Source of the DNA: Antedon mediterranea
Taxonomy: Eukaryota; Animalia; Echinodermata
Assembly: GCF_964355755.1 (NCBI RefSeq)
Contig: NC_092672.1
Span: forward strand, 11,780,001 to 11,844,000
DNA length: 64,000 nt
Direction: 5' to 3'
Part shown: piece after piece, positions 26,705 through 39,200 of the stretch
How the letters are laid out: each line of letters begins with the position of its first letter
Numbering within the stretch: the stretch's first letter is position 1
Translations under genes and position numbers: made by a program
The notes under the pieces: generated by a model
What the model was told of the DNA's origin: nothing
Seen by the model: only the letters and a program-made list of their open reading frames with translations
Database searches by the model: none

Positions 26705-26745
26705 TTAGCAGAGCTTTCGGGCAACACTAGCCCTTCATCAGTATA
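26705..26745 (-). ncRNA. Minimal type I hammerhead ribozyme-like motif (Penelope pLTR type)
   Basis: Minus strand CUGAUGA-A-GGGC-UAGUGUU-GCCC-GAAA-GC-UC: catalytic core, 4-bp helix II, palindromic AGCU mini helix III and UC cleavage site. Helix I is weak because the 5' flank is (TA)n. Confidence 0.6.
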
Positions 26746-27980
26746 TATATATATACGCGCATTATGTAGTAACAGAGAAGATGTTTACATTATCCATGAT
26801 TGAAGAATGTCAATGAATGAAATAAAATAAAAATGATAATGGATATAACAAAAAGTAAATACATTTAAACAAATATGAGTTTTAAATATTTCTAATACTT
26901 TAATATTCCGAGCAATGGTATGCCTAATGATCATTCGAATTTTCGGAAGAAAAAAACCACTAACACTGAGAAAGTTATTTGTGATGCAATACGTTGATTG
27001 GTTGTTTGCTTCTAATAATTATCGGTTTGACGAATCAGAAGACACGTTTCAGCTGCACAACACTTTGTCGTTAGACGTCTTTTAGATTACTTATGTGTGA
27101 TCGTTGAAACCCTAGGTTGTTTATTTTCATCGTTAACAGACGATAGGCGGCAGGTCTCGCTGCATTTTTAGAGTGACAGCGTTCGTTAACGCCGAACGGT
27201 TTTATTTAGAGCGGTGGAACAAGCTTATGTTATTATCGTATGTAGTTTGAATTGCGTAGGCCTACACCCAGTTATTATCTTCACGTTAACAGATAGTTCA
27301 CTTGTTATTTGCATTTTATAAGGATTTAAGCTTTGTTTCTTTTCATAACCTGCTGAATTGTGGATATTATCCTTGTTGATGTATTTGGTAAAGGAGCAGT
27401 ATTGTTAACGTGATTTAAATAATGTGGTTCAACATAATTCTTGCATTGATTATATTAACTATCAATAACGATATTTTGAACACTCGTTAAAACTATTCTA
27501 ACAACACCGTGTTTTATAAAAAAGGTATAGGCGTGTATAATTTTCAGTATTGTATATAACTTTGTTACAACAAAAAGGAACTTTAATAATTTGGTCAATA
27601 TTTTTGTTAAACATTTTATATACGATTCATTACGTATTACGATTGTGGACTGGTTGTGTTAAGTCAACATGCTGTAATGTTTCATCAGTGTACAATGCTT
27701 GACGCAATGAAATGTAGATCTATCTTTCTCCAGCAACTTTCTAATTAAAGGTAAAAATGAGACGGATCTTGTTGTCACTCTACAGGTAATCCTAGCTTTA
27801 CCATTAACTCTTCTTTTGCCGATTGCACGATTAATCATTAAGACGACCAATTTATCATCTCATGTTTTTGTGTGAAGAACCTTTAGAAAGCTGCAGTTTA
27901 ATATAATGCATGTGAACGTATAATCATTCAAATAGCAACATCTACAAATCTGCTAGAACTTTTCAAACATTATAATAAAA

Positions 27981-29321
27981 ATGGTTTTCAAGAGCTCAAT
28001 GCATTTTAAATCAGACTGTACTGCAATGTTTTTGGTTGTAAATATGCTGTTGTATTTGCTGTTGAAATGTGAAGCTGTGCGATTTAGTCAATTTTCGGAA
28101 GGTTTGACTGTTGTTGAGCATGATGCGGTGAACCTGGAGTGCAAACTCAAAGAAAAACATGCAGACGACCTTGTTTCTTGGAAAGGTATTGAAAATATGC
28201 CTGGGAATAGGTATACTTTAGACGAAAATGGAGATGATATAGACTATACTTTTACCTTAACAATAAAATCTGTAGATAGAACAGACAAAGGAGAATATAA
28301 GTGTCAGATAATAACAAGGGAAGGTAGGCATATGGAAAGAACACTAATACTAACAGTATTGGAAATTCCGGGAGATACATATCCTGTATGTGCAGAACTT
28401 CCAACAGCAACAGAAGGTCAGCCAATAACGTTAAGTTGTAATTCTGAAATGGTTGAACCAGCTCCTGTATTGAAGTGGTATAAAAAAGACAAGTTTAATG
28501 GCAGTTTATATGAATTAAATACGTTTGAACAAAAACACGAAGACGATATTATCAAACTAGAATTAACATTAACTCCCACAGCAGAGAACAATAAAGATGT
28601 TTATGTTTGTAAGTTGACTACAGAAACGAACCTTGAATGGAGTAGAGAATGTAAAAGGGTTATGCACGTTCGATACAAGCCTATTGTAAATATATCAGGT
28701 AGTCCAACTGTTGAAGTTGGGCGAGAAACTGTTTTTATTTGCGAGGCGCAAACTAGTAGTGCGACATATTCATGGAATTATTCTTTGCCGACTAGTCGAG
28801 TCAGATTAGAAGCAGATAATCAAATTCTTCGATACCATGATCCAAGACCGGAAGACAATGGAAACGAAATAACATGTATAGCAGCAAACGACGTTGGATC
28901 AAGTAGTAAGAAGTTGGTTTTGTATGTTCTAGAATTTCCAATTAAACCCCCAATTGGACCTTCACATGCACCTGAAACGGTTTACAATCAAAATAGTAAA
29001 ACACGTAGCTTATCGTTTGTGACGGCTGTGGCTGGTGGATGTACTACAATTCTATTAGTGCTTTTAATCATGTTTGCAGGTTGTATACATTACCACACGA
29101 ACAGAGATTTTAGAAACACATCACTTGTAGCACAACCTGATGTCTACTTCGAGCCACGGGACAGAGTTTTACATATGCCACATGGATCATGTATGCGATC
29201 CATAGGAGTACAGGTTCCACGTGACATTGAGTCTGAGTCAGTCTATCATGAAATTGAATCTCGGAAATCTGGAAGTTCTTGTTCTGCCAAAAATTATTCG
29301 ACTGGAGCGACATCAGTGTAG
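27981..29321 (+). CDS. Intronless type I membrane IgSF protein, three Ig domains (nectin/CADM/Kirrel-like architecture), ITIM-like and PDZ-binding tail
   Basis: 446-aa ORF in AT-rich DNA. Hydrophobic signal (MFLVVNMLLYLLLKCEA). Three Ig C...W...C sets (LEC..VSW..DKGEYKC; LSC..LKW..NKDVYVC; FIC..YSW..DNGNEITC). Pro-rich stalk, TM (FVTAVAGGCTTILLVLLIMFAGCI), tail with DVYFEP, SVYHEI and terminal TSV. The true start could be a later Met. Confidence 0.93.
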   Translation: MVFKSSMHFKSDCTAMFLVVNMLLYLLLKCEAVRFSQFSEGLTVVEHDAVNLECKLKEKHADDLVSWKGIENMPGNRYTLDENGDDIDYTFTLTIKSVDRTDKGEYKCQIITREGRHMERTLILTVLEIPGDTYPVCAELPTATEGQPITLSCNSEMVEPAPVLKWYKKDKFNGSLYELNTFEQKHEDDIIKLELTLTPTAENNKDVYVCKLTTETNLEWSRECKRVMHVRYKPIVNISGSPTVEVGRETVFICEAQTSSATYSWNYSLPTSRVRLEADNQILRYHDPRPEDNGNEITCIAANDVGSSSKKLVLYVLEFPIKPPIGPSHAPETVYNQNSKTRSLSFVTAVAGGCTTILLVLLIMFAGCIHYHTNRDFRNTSLVAQPDVYFEPRDRVLHMPHGSCMRSIGVQVPRDIESESVYHEIESRKSGSSCSAKNYSTGATSV

Positions 29322-29413
29322 TGGAACAAATGAGTATAAAATATATTGTCATAATATTATTTAAGCAGTCGTATTTATTGTTTAAGTTTAATTTTTAGCA
29401 TTATCACTAATGG

Positions 29414-29419
29414 AATAAA
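29414..29419 (+). terminator. Candidate polyadenylation signal of the Ig gene
   Basis: First AATAAA about 93 nt after the stop. This hexamer is common in AT-rich DNA. Confidence 0.3.
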
Positions 29420-31013
29420 TTATTTCAAAACACTGCTTTCAAGAATACGGACCATGTATATAATTATGCTACGTCTTACTGTATAACTAATAAGTATAGG
29501 GCCTAACTGTATAAGTCATTTTGATGATGAGCATAATTATAGGTTTACTAGTAATGAATACAATATCACAAATAATCAATTTGGAACTTTTAATTAAGAC
29601 AAAAGAACGATCACATGAGGATAAAAAACATTATACGTAATATTAAAAATATTATTATCAATAGAAAATATTGATGTTTTATTTGACGCACAGTTTTATT
29701 TACAGGAGAGATTATTATGTAAAACGCAATATTAGTACTTTGTTTCTTAAATCTCAGAAGTATAAATTCTCGTAATAATGTAAGCATCATGAAGGCCTTC
29801 TGTGGGTAGTAAATATTGTTATTGACTCGATTTTTAGAATGATATGAAAGAAAAAGAAGTTGAATGTCAATAAATAGTCTGTTCTGTAAGAGCTTTTCTG
29901 GTTAGTTTTATTTGACGTTCCATTGGGTGTAATTGGAGAGGTTATATGCGCATACTTCTGAAAACAAGTAACAACTGTTTAGGCTATGAAATTATTGCTA
30001 AACTATAAACATACCGACACTTTGCCAGTTACAGCATCGAAGAAACACATAGCGCGCGTGTAAATGCTTAAAGTAATTACCATAATTCTAAATTCTGTAT
30101 TTGTCTGTTTACTACATCATTATGAAAAAACTCTAAAATAATTTAATATTCAATATAATTTGATCAAACACGCAACACTCTATACTATTACAATTTAATA
30201 AATATATAAAGCCAACAGCGATGTGGGTTACAATATCTGTATATTTGCAAGGATCAAATCTTGAATCTAATGTTATTTTGTTTAATGTGGTGATAGTTTA
30301 ATCTTTTTCTCCCTAAACACATTCTTAGATATATTTTGACCAAATGAATGAATGAATGAATATTGAAAATAAAATGCGGTCGGGAATCTGTACTACGTTT
30401 AACAGCCCTTTACTACCTTAGTTAAGTGCAATTTTCACTCGTGAAACATAGTCAGAAAGAGTAACAAGTATGGAAACATTTTTAATAGAAGAAGAAAACG
30501 GGGAGACATTTGGTTTAGTTTGGTGCTGTTACCTAAGTTACACAGGCTAATATATCATACCTTAGTAGTGTTATAGGATATAAATTTGTAGAAATCCAGA
30601 TTAATAGTAATTATTATTGTTATAAATAAATTGATCTCGTTAGGTCGTATCTACTGATTGTGTTTATATTTGAGTAAGCATAAGAGTCAAACACTGTTAG
30701 TTTATACACGTATCAACGGAGTATCCAGCGATGATCATCGCCAATGGTTCATTAGACATTACTGGTAATTTATTAATGACTTATGATTGGATCTATAACC
30801 GACTGATAAAGGCATTCGGAACTCTTAATTGATTAATGCATTCCATTTAAGAATTAAGCAATTCAGTAAAGCATTAGGGACATTATTCAATAATTGTTCA
30901 TTACATTAAATTTGACCGAATGAAGGACGAACCAGCACAGGTTAACTCGCTAGAAACCAATTAACATTATAATAGACCTATACCATACTACCTGTATGCT
31001 GAACATTTTTATC

Positions 31014-31196
31014 TTAGAAATTGCAGTATATTGATGTTATCAACGCTGTATAATATCATTGTAATCGCCTTAGGATTCAGTAATTATTTTATACATAATA
31101 TATAAATATGTATGTATAAAATAATTACTTAATCCTAAGAAATGGTGATTACAATGATATTCTTCAGCGTTGGTAATATCAATATACTACTTCTAA
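31014..31196. repeat. Long imperfect foldback (arms about 80 bp)
   Basis: TTAGAA..AGTATATTGATGTTATCAACGCTG..AATATCATTGTAATCGCC TTAGGATT.AGTAATTATTTTATACATA is mirrored by TATGTATAAAATAATTACT.AATCCTAA..GGTGATTACAATGATATT..CAGCGTTGGTAATATCAATATACT..TTCTAA. Confidence 0.8.
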
Positions 31197-31784
31197 CATA
31201 GAGATGTTCAGATAGATATTTAAACATGTAAATATTTTGTAAAAGTAACCTATGTATTCAACTATAATAAAAGATCTAGGCCTGATTTTCAGAGTGAACT
31301 GTACAATCAACATTACACAATACTTCCTGAGTTTATATATAGATACCGGTACCATTACCATGAACGTATGTGTCTTCATTGAAATATGAAACACAGTATA
31401 TGCACGTTCATGTTTCATGATCATTGGTTTTTCAAATTGGGTTATGTCTTATTGTAAATTATGTTCCACCATTACTTGTTGACATCCTTAAACTCATACT
31501 GTAAATATACCGAAAATAATACGCACCGGTAGTATGTTCAAGCTGTGAAGACGCCATCCTTCAAATCTTCTTAATTTCTATTCGTTTCCATTATTTAGCA
31601 TGACTGCTCCTCCTCCTGCTCAACCTACTCATGATCTTAACAATATTCCTTTGCGAAAAGACAACATGTTCATCCTAAATTCTGTAAAGTTGTTCAATCT
31701 AAGGATCAGCATTTGAATCAATTTCTTAGAACTTTCTTTATCTCTTCGAAATAAAAGACATTCCTCCAATCGATTCCCTGCTAA

Positions 31785-31936
31785 AGTTCTGTCTACACAC
31801 ATTATCAAACTAGTTTGCCAAAAAATAATGATGTCCCCAAATATGGCAGTGATATGCCAACATATGGTAGCGTAGTGACATGACATCATCATGTCCATTG
31901 TTGTTGTCACATAAATTTGATAGTGTAGACAGAGCT
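31785..31936. mobile_element. PIF/Harbinger-type MITE, same family as 25022
   Basis: TAA|AGTTCTGTCTACAC ... TTTGATAGTGTAGACAGAGCT|TAA. The interior matches the 25022 copy in reverse. Confidence 0.82.
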
Positions 31937-34660
31937 TAAGACCTCTCTATTTCTCCACTTTTTCCTTCCCCATTCACTCTCTCTCAATTACAGCAGTATA
32001 ATGTCAATACAACTCTATTTCGCACTCCCAGGCTAAAATTACACTCATAGTAAATAATTGTATTTTTTTATAATATACATAGTATTGTCTGTTTATGCGG
32101 CTTTTTCACTTGATGGCATCAGTCGATAATAAAATTGAATTAAATTAAATTGAAAAACTTCATGAACAAAGATAGAACCTTAAGATTAAAGAGAAGTTAC
32201 CCATTCGAGTATAACTCATGTACTACACTTGATAAGTTTATTTTTTCCTTTAAAGTTGAATACATTATAAGTAAATGATGAAATTTCGTGACATTTGTTA
32301 GAGCACTAAGTAAGAATAAGGTAAATCCGAAAATCCAAATATAATAATTAAAATATGGAAAATATTCATGCTTATATTTTGTCAAACCAAATAGCAATAT
32401 TCAAGAAAATTAACCTATTTTTGTTTGTATTCAGTATTTTACACCAGAGGCGTCTTTTGTGAAATGACCTGCTTCAAGGCGCCTTAGAGAACAAATACAA
32501 TATTTTAAAACGAATAAATGTTCAAAATTAAATGTCATTAAAAACATTATTTTTTCTATGGTACCATGTAATTTTGTTTAATTAATTTACATAGCAAAAT
32601 TAGGTCTATATCTATACTTAGGTCAGATTTAAATACAAACACACAAACAACAGCATACCAGCATTGTCGTCGTTTTTGCCGTCGCACTCTAAGTACGGTA
32701 AGGTTTGTATATAATGTTATGATGAAATGAATCAAATAGTTTAATTGGTTGTGTGGAAGCGCTAATAAAAACGTCTATGTAATCACAGTAATGATTCATT
32801 TAGAATATTGTATTCAACATACATAATCGGCAATCTGTTCTTGTTGTTAAATAAACTACTATGACATTTTACTATACGCCATGAATAAATAGTAATGTTA
32901 TTGAACCGTCAAATCACAATTACCACCGACTTTGAAAGAAACAAAATTCACTAAACAGTAGCAAAATAATACGATGTGTAAAACAACTCACAAGTATTTT
33001 GAACAAATTGCATGGTGGGCAAAGGATAAGAATGTTTCAATTTGCTATTTCAGGTGACCGACTTTTAAACAAGTGAGAAATGAAATGACAGCATTTTTTC
33101 TGGTATATTCTGCATGATAGCTGCATATGACATTAATAGAAGGGTTCAGCTTGGCTTACAATGCCTGAAACTATGATTTTTAGATATAAACATGAGTACT
33201 GTTATAGATAAATAATAGATATTTTGTATGTATCGAGTAGGAGAAGCTTGACTGAATTATAAATGCTTTTACACGTTTTAATTATAACAAATGTTACACA
33301 ACATGAATGTATATCATGTTGTTGTTTTGATGGAATCATTGGATTAACTGGATAACATGTAACTGTTGTACTGGATGTGTATGTTTTCATTGAATAGGAG
33401 AAAGCATGACTGTCTTATTTAACTCGAATCCACCTCATTAGATAGAAACTAACTTTCAATTTTAAAGGGTATATCCGTCCTAAAATGAGTATTCATCAAG
33501 TGTGTTAATCCGTTAGTTATGTCTTTCGATTCGAATGCATACTTTACGGTTTAAGCAAAATGGAAACAAGGTAGTAACAGGGTAAACATTAAGTTGTATG
33601 CATTTTATGTATAAAGATATACCATTCCTGACATACAATATTATGTTGTTATAGGATTCTTTATGAACAATATAATATGGTATCTTAATTTGAGTTTTTG
33701 TTCTTTGTTTTGTAATTGGAGACTGAATGATGAAATTGTATATACATGCATGCATGAACTATCTATCATTGTCATCCAAATAAAATCGACAGTATCGCAT
33801 AACACAGTGTTTTTTGATTATCTTCTCTCTCTACAATTTCAGAAATGAAAAGATAATTGAAAGAACGTTTTAACGTAATAACACGCCCCATGTGCAATGT
33901 CTCATGGGCATTTTATATACATTTTTATAAACAAACTACGACAAGACATCAATATAATAAAACTTAATTTCCTAGCGAGTCAAACACATGACATTCATTT
34001 TGAATGATTGTTTAAATAATATTATAATTATACATGACTTAACTTTTAAAACACTAATACATGTAATGTAATAATATAACAAGAATAGTTGTTTACTTTT
34101 TAATAATAACAGAGGCCTACATAAACAAAGTATTATATTAACAATATGTTTACACGTTTATACTTTTTTTTCTTCTACATTGTAGACTTATGTTTAGTAA
34201 ACATTATATAGAAGGATTATTACATATATAATTCTATAAAATATATATAGACATATCTTACAACAATGTCACCTATTATAAGGCTACGAAATTTACAATT
34301 TCGTATAGCCACTAAATAACATACTCCTCAAAACGTTTTATACAAAATGGTTACAATCTACATTAAAAGTTCCTATAATGTTGTGCAGTAATTAACTTCA
34401 TACTTTTCTGGTAATAGCTATAAATATATCCGAGAGCTTTCCAAGACAATTTATAGTCTGGTAGGTCAAGAATGTAATGAACATGCCAATCGTGATCAAT
34501 CACTTAAGCAATCCAACGCTAAGTGAAATCTTATGATATTAAGAGTGTTTCTGTTCAGTTATAAATCTTTGGATTTCAACGTTGAATTGGATTTAAAATG
34601 TTCTACTTATAAATTGCTATTTTTTTTTTGTTTAGTATATTTGCGCTGAATGTAAAAAAA

Positions 34661-35324
34661 ACCAAGGCCATATAGATGGCTGCAGTCGCGTGCTCATTAG
34701 TGTTTTCCGACCGACCGACCAACCTACCAACTGACCGAAATTGCTGAACATGTTTAAAAATGTTGAAATGTTTAAAAACATTTATATTTTTTAAATTTAC
34801 ACGAGCGTAGCCTGTCACTTTTGACGTGCTCGTATAACGTAATTGGGAAAAAGAGAACGTAATAACATTTAACGCGCAGTGCGTGCGCACAAATCTGCGC
34901 ACTCATGGCAATTTTGTAAACGCTTAAAATTGCCTGAAACGTACTCTTATTTCATCGAAAATAAATTTTGAAAATTGTAAGTGCGCATATGCATGCGTTA
35001 CATGCGCTACGCACGTAATTGTATTGCCATATGATGATTTATGCCCTGAAATGTATTAGTACCAAATTTTATTTAATTGTGATTCATGGTTGTGAAGATA
35101 TGATTACAAACGTGATTTCGTTAAATCGTGCGTAAACCGCGTACTTTTTTATTGCGCACCGTGAAAACATAACCACATCGATTCCTGGCCATAAGGAATA
35201 TACTGTGAAAAATTGACTTAGCTAGATTAGACTGATATCAAGATAAGGTCATATACAAGTTAGTGTTTACCGACTGACCAACCGACCGACATAGTGAGCT
35301 GTAGAGTCACGTTGTACGCCACTA
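34661..35324 (-). mobile_element. DINE-1/HINE-like element carrying about 500 bp of extra internal sequence
   Basis: The ends match 18672-18811. Internal 34970-35125 is the reverse complement of 52060-52220. Confidence 0.75.
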
Positions 35325-36128
35325 AAAACAATTTGATACAGTCTAATGGCGTCCTGTAAATACAGTTTAGGGGGTGTACACGTTCCTACATTGTATGCTC
35401 CAAACAAAATTAGTTTCACGTAATATCTTATAAAATATTACGTTTATAATATTACTATGGTTGCTTCTTTACATTTAAGTAACAACAGCTATGTATGACA
35501 GCTATGATTTTACAATGTTGATGCTTATCCAGTACAGGGCAGCGATAGGCCTACGGAACATTCATTTATTTACAATAAGAATTAGGCATAGATTTGATAT
35601 ACATTTACTACAAAGGATATTAAACAAATTTGTATTACACCTTTATTTAAATGAATTGGTTTAATTAATCTTTTTTAAATAATCATTGCTCGGTAACGAA
35701 CTCATCTCATCCGAAAAATAATTTTGTAACAATGATTAAATAAGCATAAATAAGGTGTTTACATAATATGTCAAGAATATAATGATATATTTTTTTATTC
35801 TGGCTACACAATTCAATGTGGCTAGGTTAAAGATCATCTGATCAGACAATTAAATAGAGCTCATAATACGTTGTGTGTACGTATAGTATATATTTCGTTT
35901 CTTATAAGAATATTTGCTTTTTTCAAAAAGGTAAAGTTCTACATATTCATATTCATATTCATTTATTTTCCAGGAAAAAAAAAAACAATAATACAAAAAG
36001 CATAAATTACATAAAACAAAAACCAGCATAGAAAAACGCAGGACACTATCCTGGCGGATTGTCAAAAATAAAAAATATCGCAGTGGAAGACTCTCTTGAT
36101 AGTGCCGGTGGCAAAATTACAGAAACCT

Positions 36129-36228
36129 GTCAAACTAGTTTGACAAAAAAGGTAGTAGTAGTAGTTATAGTGATATACCCAAATATGACAACACCATGTC
36201 CATATATGGGCACATCACATTATTTTGT
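36129..36228. mobile_element. Internal fragment of the 25022-type MITE
   Basis: TCAAACTAGTTTGACAAAAAA...CATGTCCATATATGGGCACATCACATT matches the other copies. Confidence 0.6.
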
Positions 36229-39200
36229 AAACGCCTTCGTTTTAAACAGAGTTTAATATATAGAACACAGTAATTATTGTTGGACTATTTATATACTGCT
36301 TTCCGTGATTTCATAGCATTTTGGTAATTAAAAATAGTACAATGATGTCTGCCTTGTTTTTCTAAACTGTAACGATTATTAAATACGTGCATTTGTAGTA
36401 ATTACAATTCGTTATTTTAATCCCCCGATTATAAGAAAGTTCTATATTAGCTTGCGTTTATGGTAATTATAATACTATTGATATAGTTAGAGAGTGAAAT
36501 GTTTATCCGTCATTATTACTCGCCCTTTTGACTGATTCAAAAGCGTACTATATTGGAGCTGAACCTGGTACAATAACAATGAGGAGAGATGCACATTTAA
36601 TGCAAGTTGGAATCAGTTAAGACCATGTCATCATGCTTTCGATGCCGAATTGCTAAGGATCTTAGTGAAAATGCAGTATCTCTTTGAAATAATTTGTTAG
36701 ACACATTTTGGTGAAACAATACATTTTGTAGCCAAACCACCATAATAATATTAACTACCACTCTTGATTTGAATTGAACTTCTATTATCGGAGTTCATTG
36801 TATAAATAAATTGAAGTTGCCCATAAAATATCGCATATAAAAAACACAAAACATTTTTCATTTTAAATCTTTTTTTTATTTGGTTTATCTTTCTGGTGGT
36901 CTTTTTACTTATTATTTTTAGTTCCATTCATTGTTTGTTAATTGGTGATTCATCCAGCAGTCTAAGTATGTGTATACATATCATTTATATACCAAGTGAG
37001 TTCCTTAGGCGATTCTATCTCAAGGACCGGCTGGAAGTATATGTTGCAATGTGAACTTGTATTTAGTAATTATTTATTAATTGCTTTTTTAATATTGTAA
37101 ATTCAACAATGTTTACTTTGTTGCAGAATTTGAATTTAAAGAATATTATATAATTTAGCACAAAACTCATGATCTTTTTATTACCGTGTGTCGTCTTCAT
37201 GATCCAGACTGGTGCATTTGAAGACCATCACGACACCTACCAGTTATCAATAAGTTCCTTTATAAGCTGAAGAAAAATTGAAATAAAAGCCTCCTACTCG
37301 TAAACTTAAACCTCGTAAAAGTGATGAAGGAACGAGTGTGAGTGTATGAAGGAACAAATGTAATGTTAGTAATTGAAATAATATAATTGAAGCATTCTCT
37401 GAGACAATTGTAATTTATAACATAAACATAGTACTGTAGCAACAACCACCACGAGAAGCAAACAAAACAACACCATGGTAACTTAATTATTACTGGTGCT
37501 GTCGCGAGAGGGCGCAAATCTCAAGAGAGAGTAAACTCGATCCGGAAGTAATCGCACGAGGCAAATCCATTTTAGTTTATACAGGTGTGTACGACCATAG
37601 TCAGACAATATTGATTGATCGAAAGCCCTGTCTCATATGGAAATAAAGTGTAGGGTTTGACTATAATAGTTGTCATATAGGCCTACATTTCGAGTAGAAC
37701 CAGTATCTGCGAGAGCTAGGATAAATATCCGAGACTGTTAATTCCACAAAAGTTTTGCGTTTTCTCCGCCTACCCTCAGCATTAGGCATAATTATAATAA
37801 AACGTAGTTGTCCCCTTTTAAGCAAAATGACTTCCTGACGTAATGACCAGTTACCCTTTATTTAAATCTTCATCACAAACAAAGACAATATTGCAACTAG
37901 ACCTAACTGAAGGGAATAATCCGTAATACTCATAATTACCAATAAAACCCCAAAACATCGCGATAGGCAACATTGGCCTAGGTCTGTGTACGAGACGTAA
38001 TCAAACACGTTGGTTGCAACGGACAGTATGAAACCCATAGCATAGAAAATGAGGAATGTGTGTAACATGCAGGGATTATATCAAGCAGAAGATGATCCAA
38101 CATAAAATCAAAGATCATTCAGACGGGGATATTAATTGAAGTTGGTTATATTTGACAAAACACCGGGATTACGTGCGTCATGTCATCTGAAATGTTGATA
38201 CGTTAGAATGTTCGATAAGCTGTATAATTCACCAGGGATTGACAAAGAAAAATGACAAACTCGCTTTAAATTTTTCTGAACCTTTGACCGACTGAGTCGT
38301 GGTAAATTTGTCAATTTAGCCGGACATGATGTGCAGAGAGTTAACAAATATGAAATAGTAAACTCACGTATCATTTATTTAGCGTCTGTCATGCTATGGT
38401 TCGTCAGGTTATGTTTAAATAATGTACGAAAGCGATGTACATCGTTCGCATAACATATCCTTCAAAGCTGTTACACGTGCATTAAATCACGATTTTTAAT
38501 GATGTATCTATGATATTGGTTATTTGTATTTATCTATCTAAGATTCAGTCCATATACTATTTATTCCCGGTATACAAAATGAACAAATCAACACCGATCA
38601 TTTTTCAAAAAGTGTCAAGTCCACTATATATAGGCATATACCGAGTGACGAGTGATACATATAATAGGTGTCGAGTCTCATTATTGCCTAAACGTTAGTA
38701 GCACCAATGCAAAATCCCTAGTGTTAACGGGTTCGTATTTACTCACTTTCACAAATCGATTGTTTATTCACACGATTTAATTATTTGGTTTCACTTATTG
38801 TTGAGATTAATAGTTTAACGAGTATACATATTCATTTATTTGTTTAAGAATGGCAAAATATAAAATGTGAATGTCAGCGACTGTGATGTGTCTGTAAATT
38901 CAAAATAGCATACAGCTAGTTTCAGTGTCTCTTTATGGGTTGGAATATGAAGAGACGTTGGGATTGATGCAGTTCTGCTCATACACTACACTTGCTGGAG
39001 TATAACAGCTCATCGTCACACCAATGTTTTCGATCGAGTTTAATACAGAGCTTGCAGAAACTAATTAAATTGAATGTAATCATAATGGCTTAGAGTTTAT
39101 GTATAGATTCCTAAACATCGCATACTTGACTGGCTAGATCACGTCTTTAAAACAATACAACTTATAAAATGAATATATTAACGTGTCTAGTTTACAGCCA

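Larger units (their letters stand above)
26032..26741. repeat. Inverted pair of roughly 155-bp Penelope pLTR-like segments (26032-26190 +, 26583-26741 -)
   Basis: The arms are reverse complements (TAGTGTTGCC.GAAAGCTCTGCTAACTTTTCTG...GAGATCCAG.CA.TGATACCCA...TTTGCCTTTGGAT). The right arm begins with a hammerhead-like core. Confidence 0.8.
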
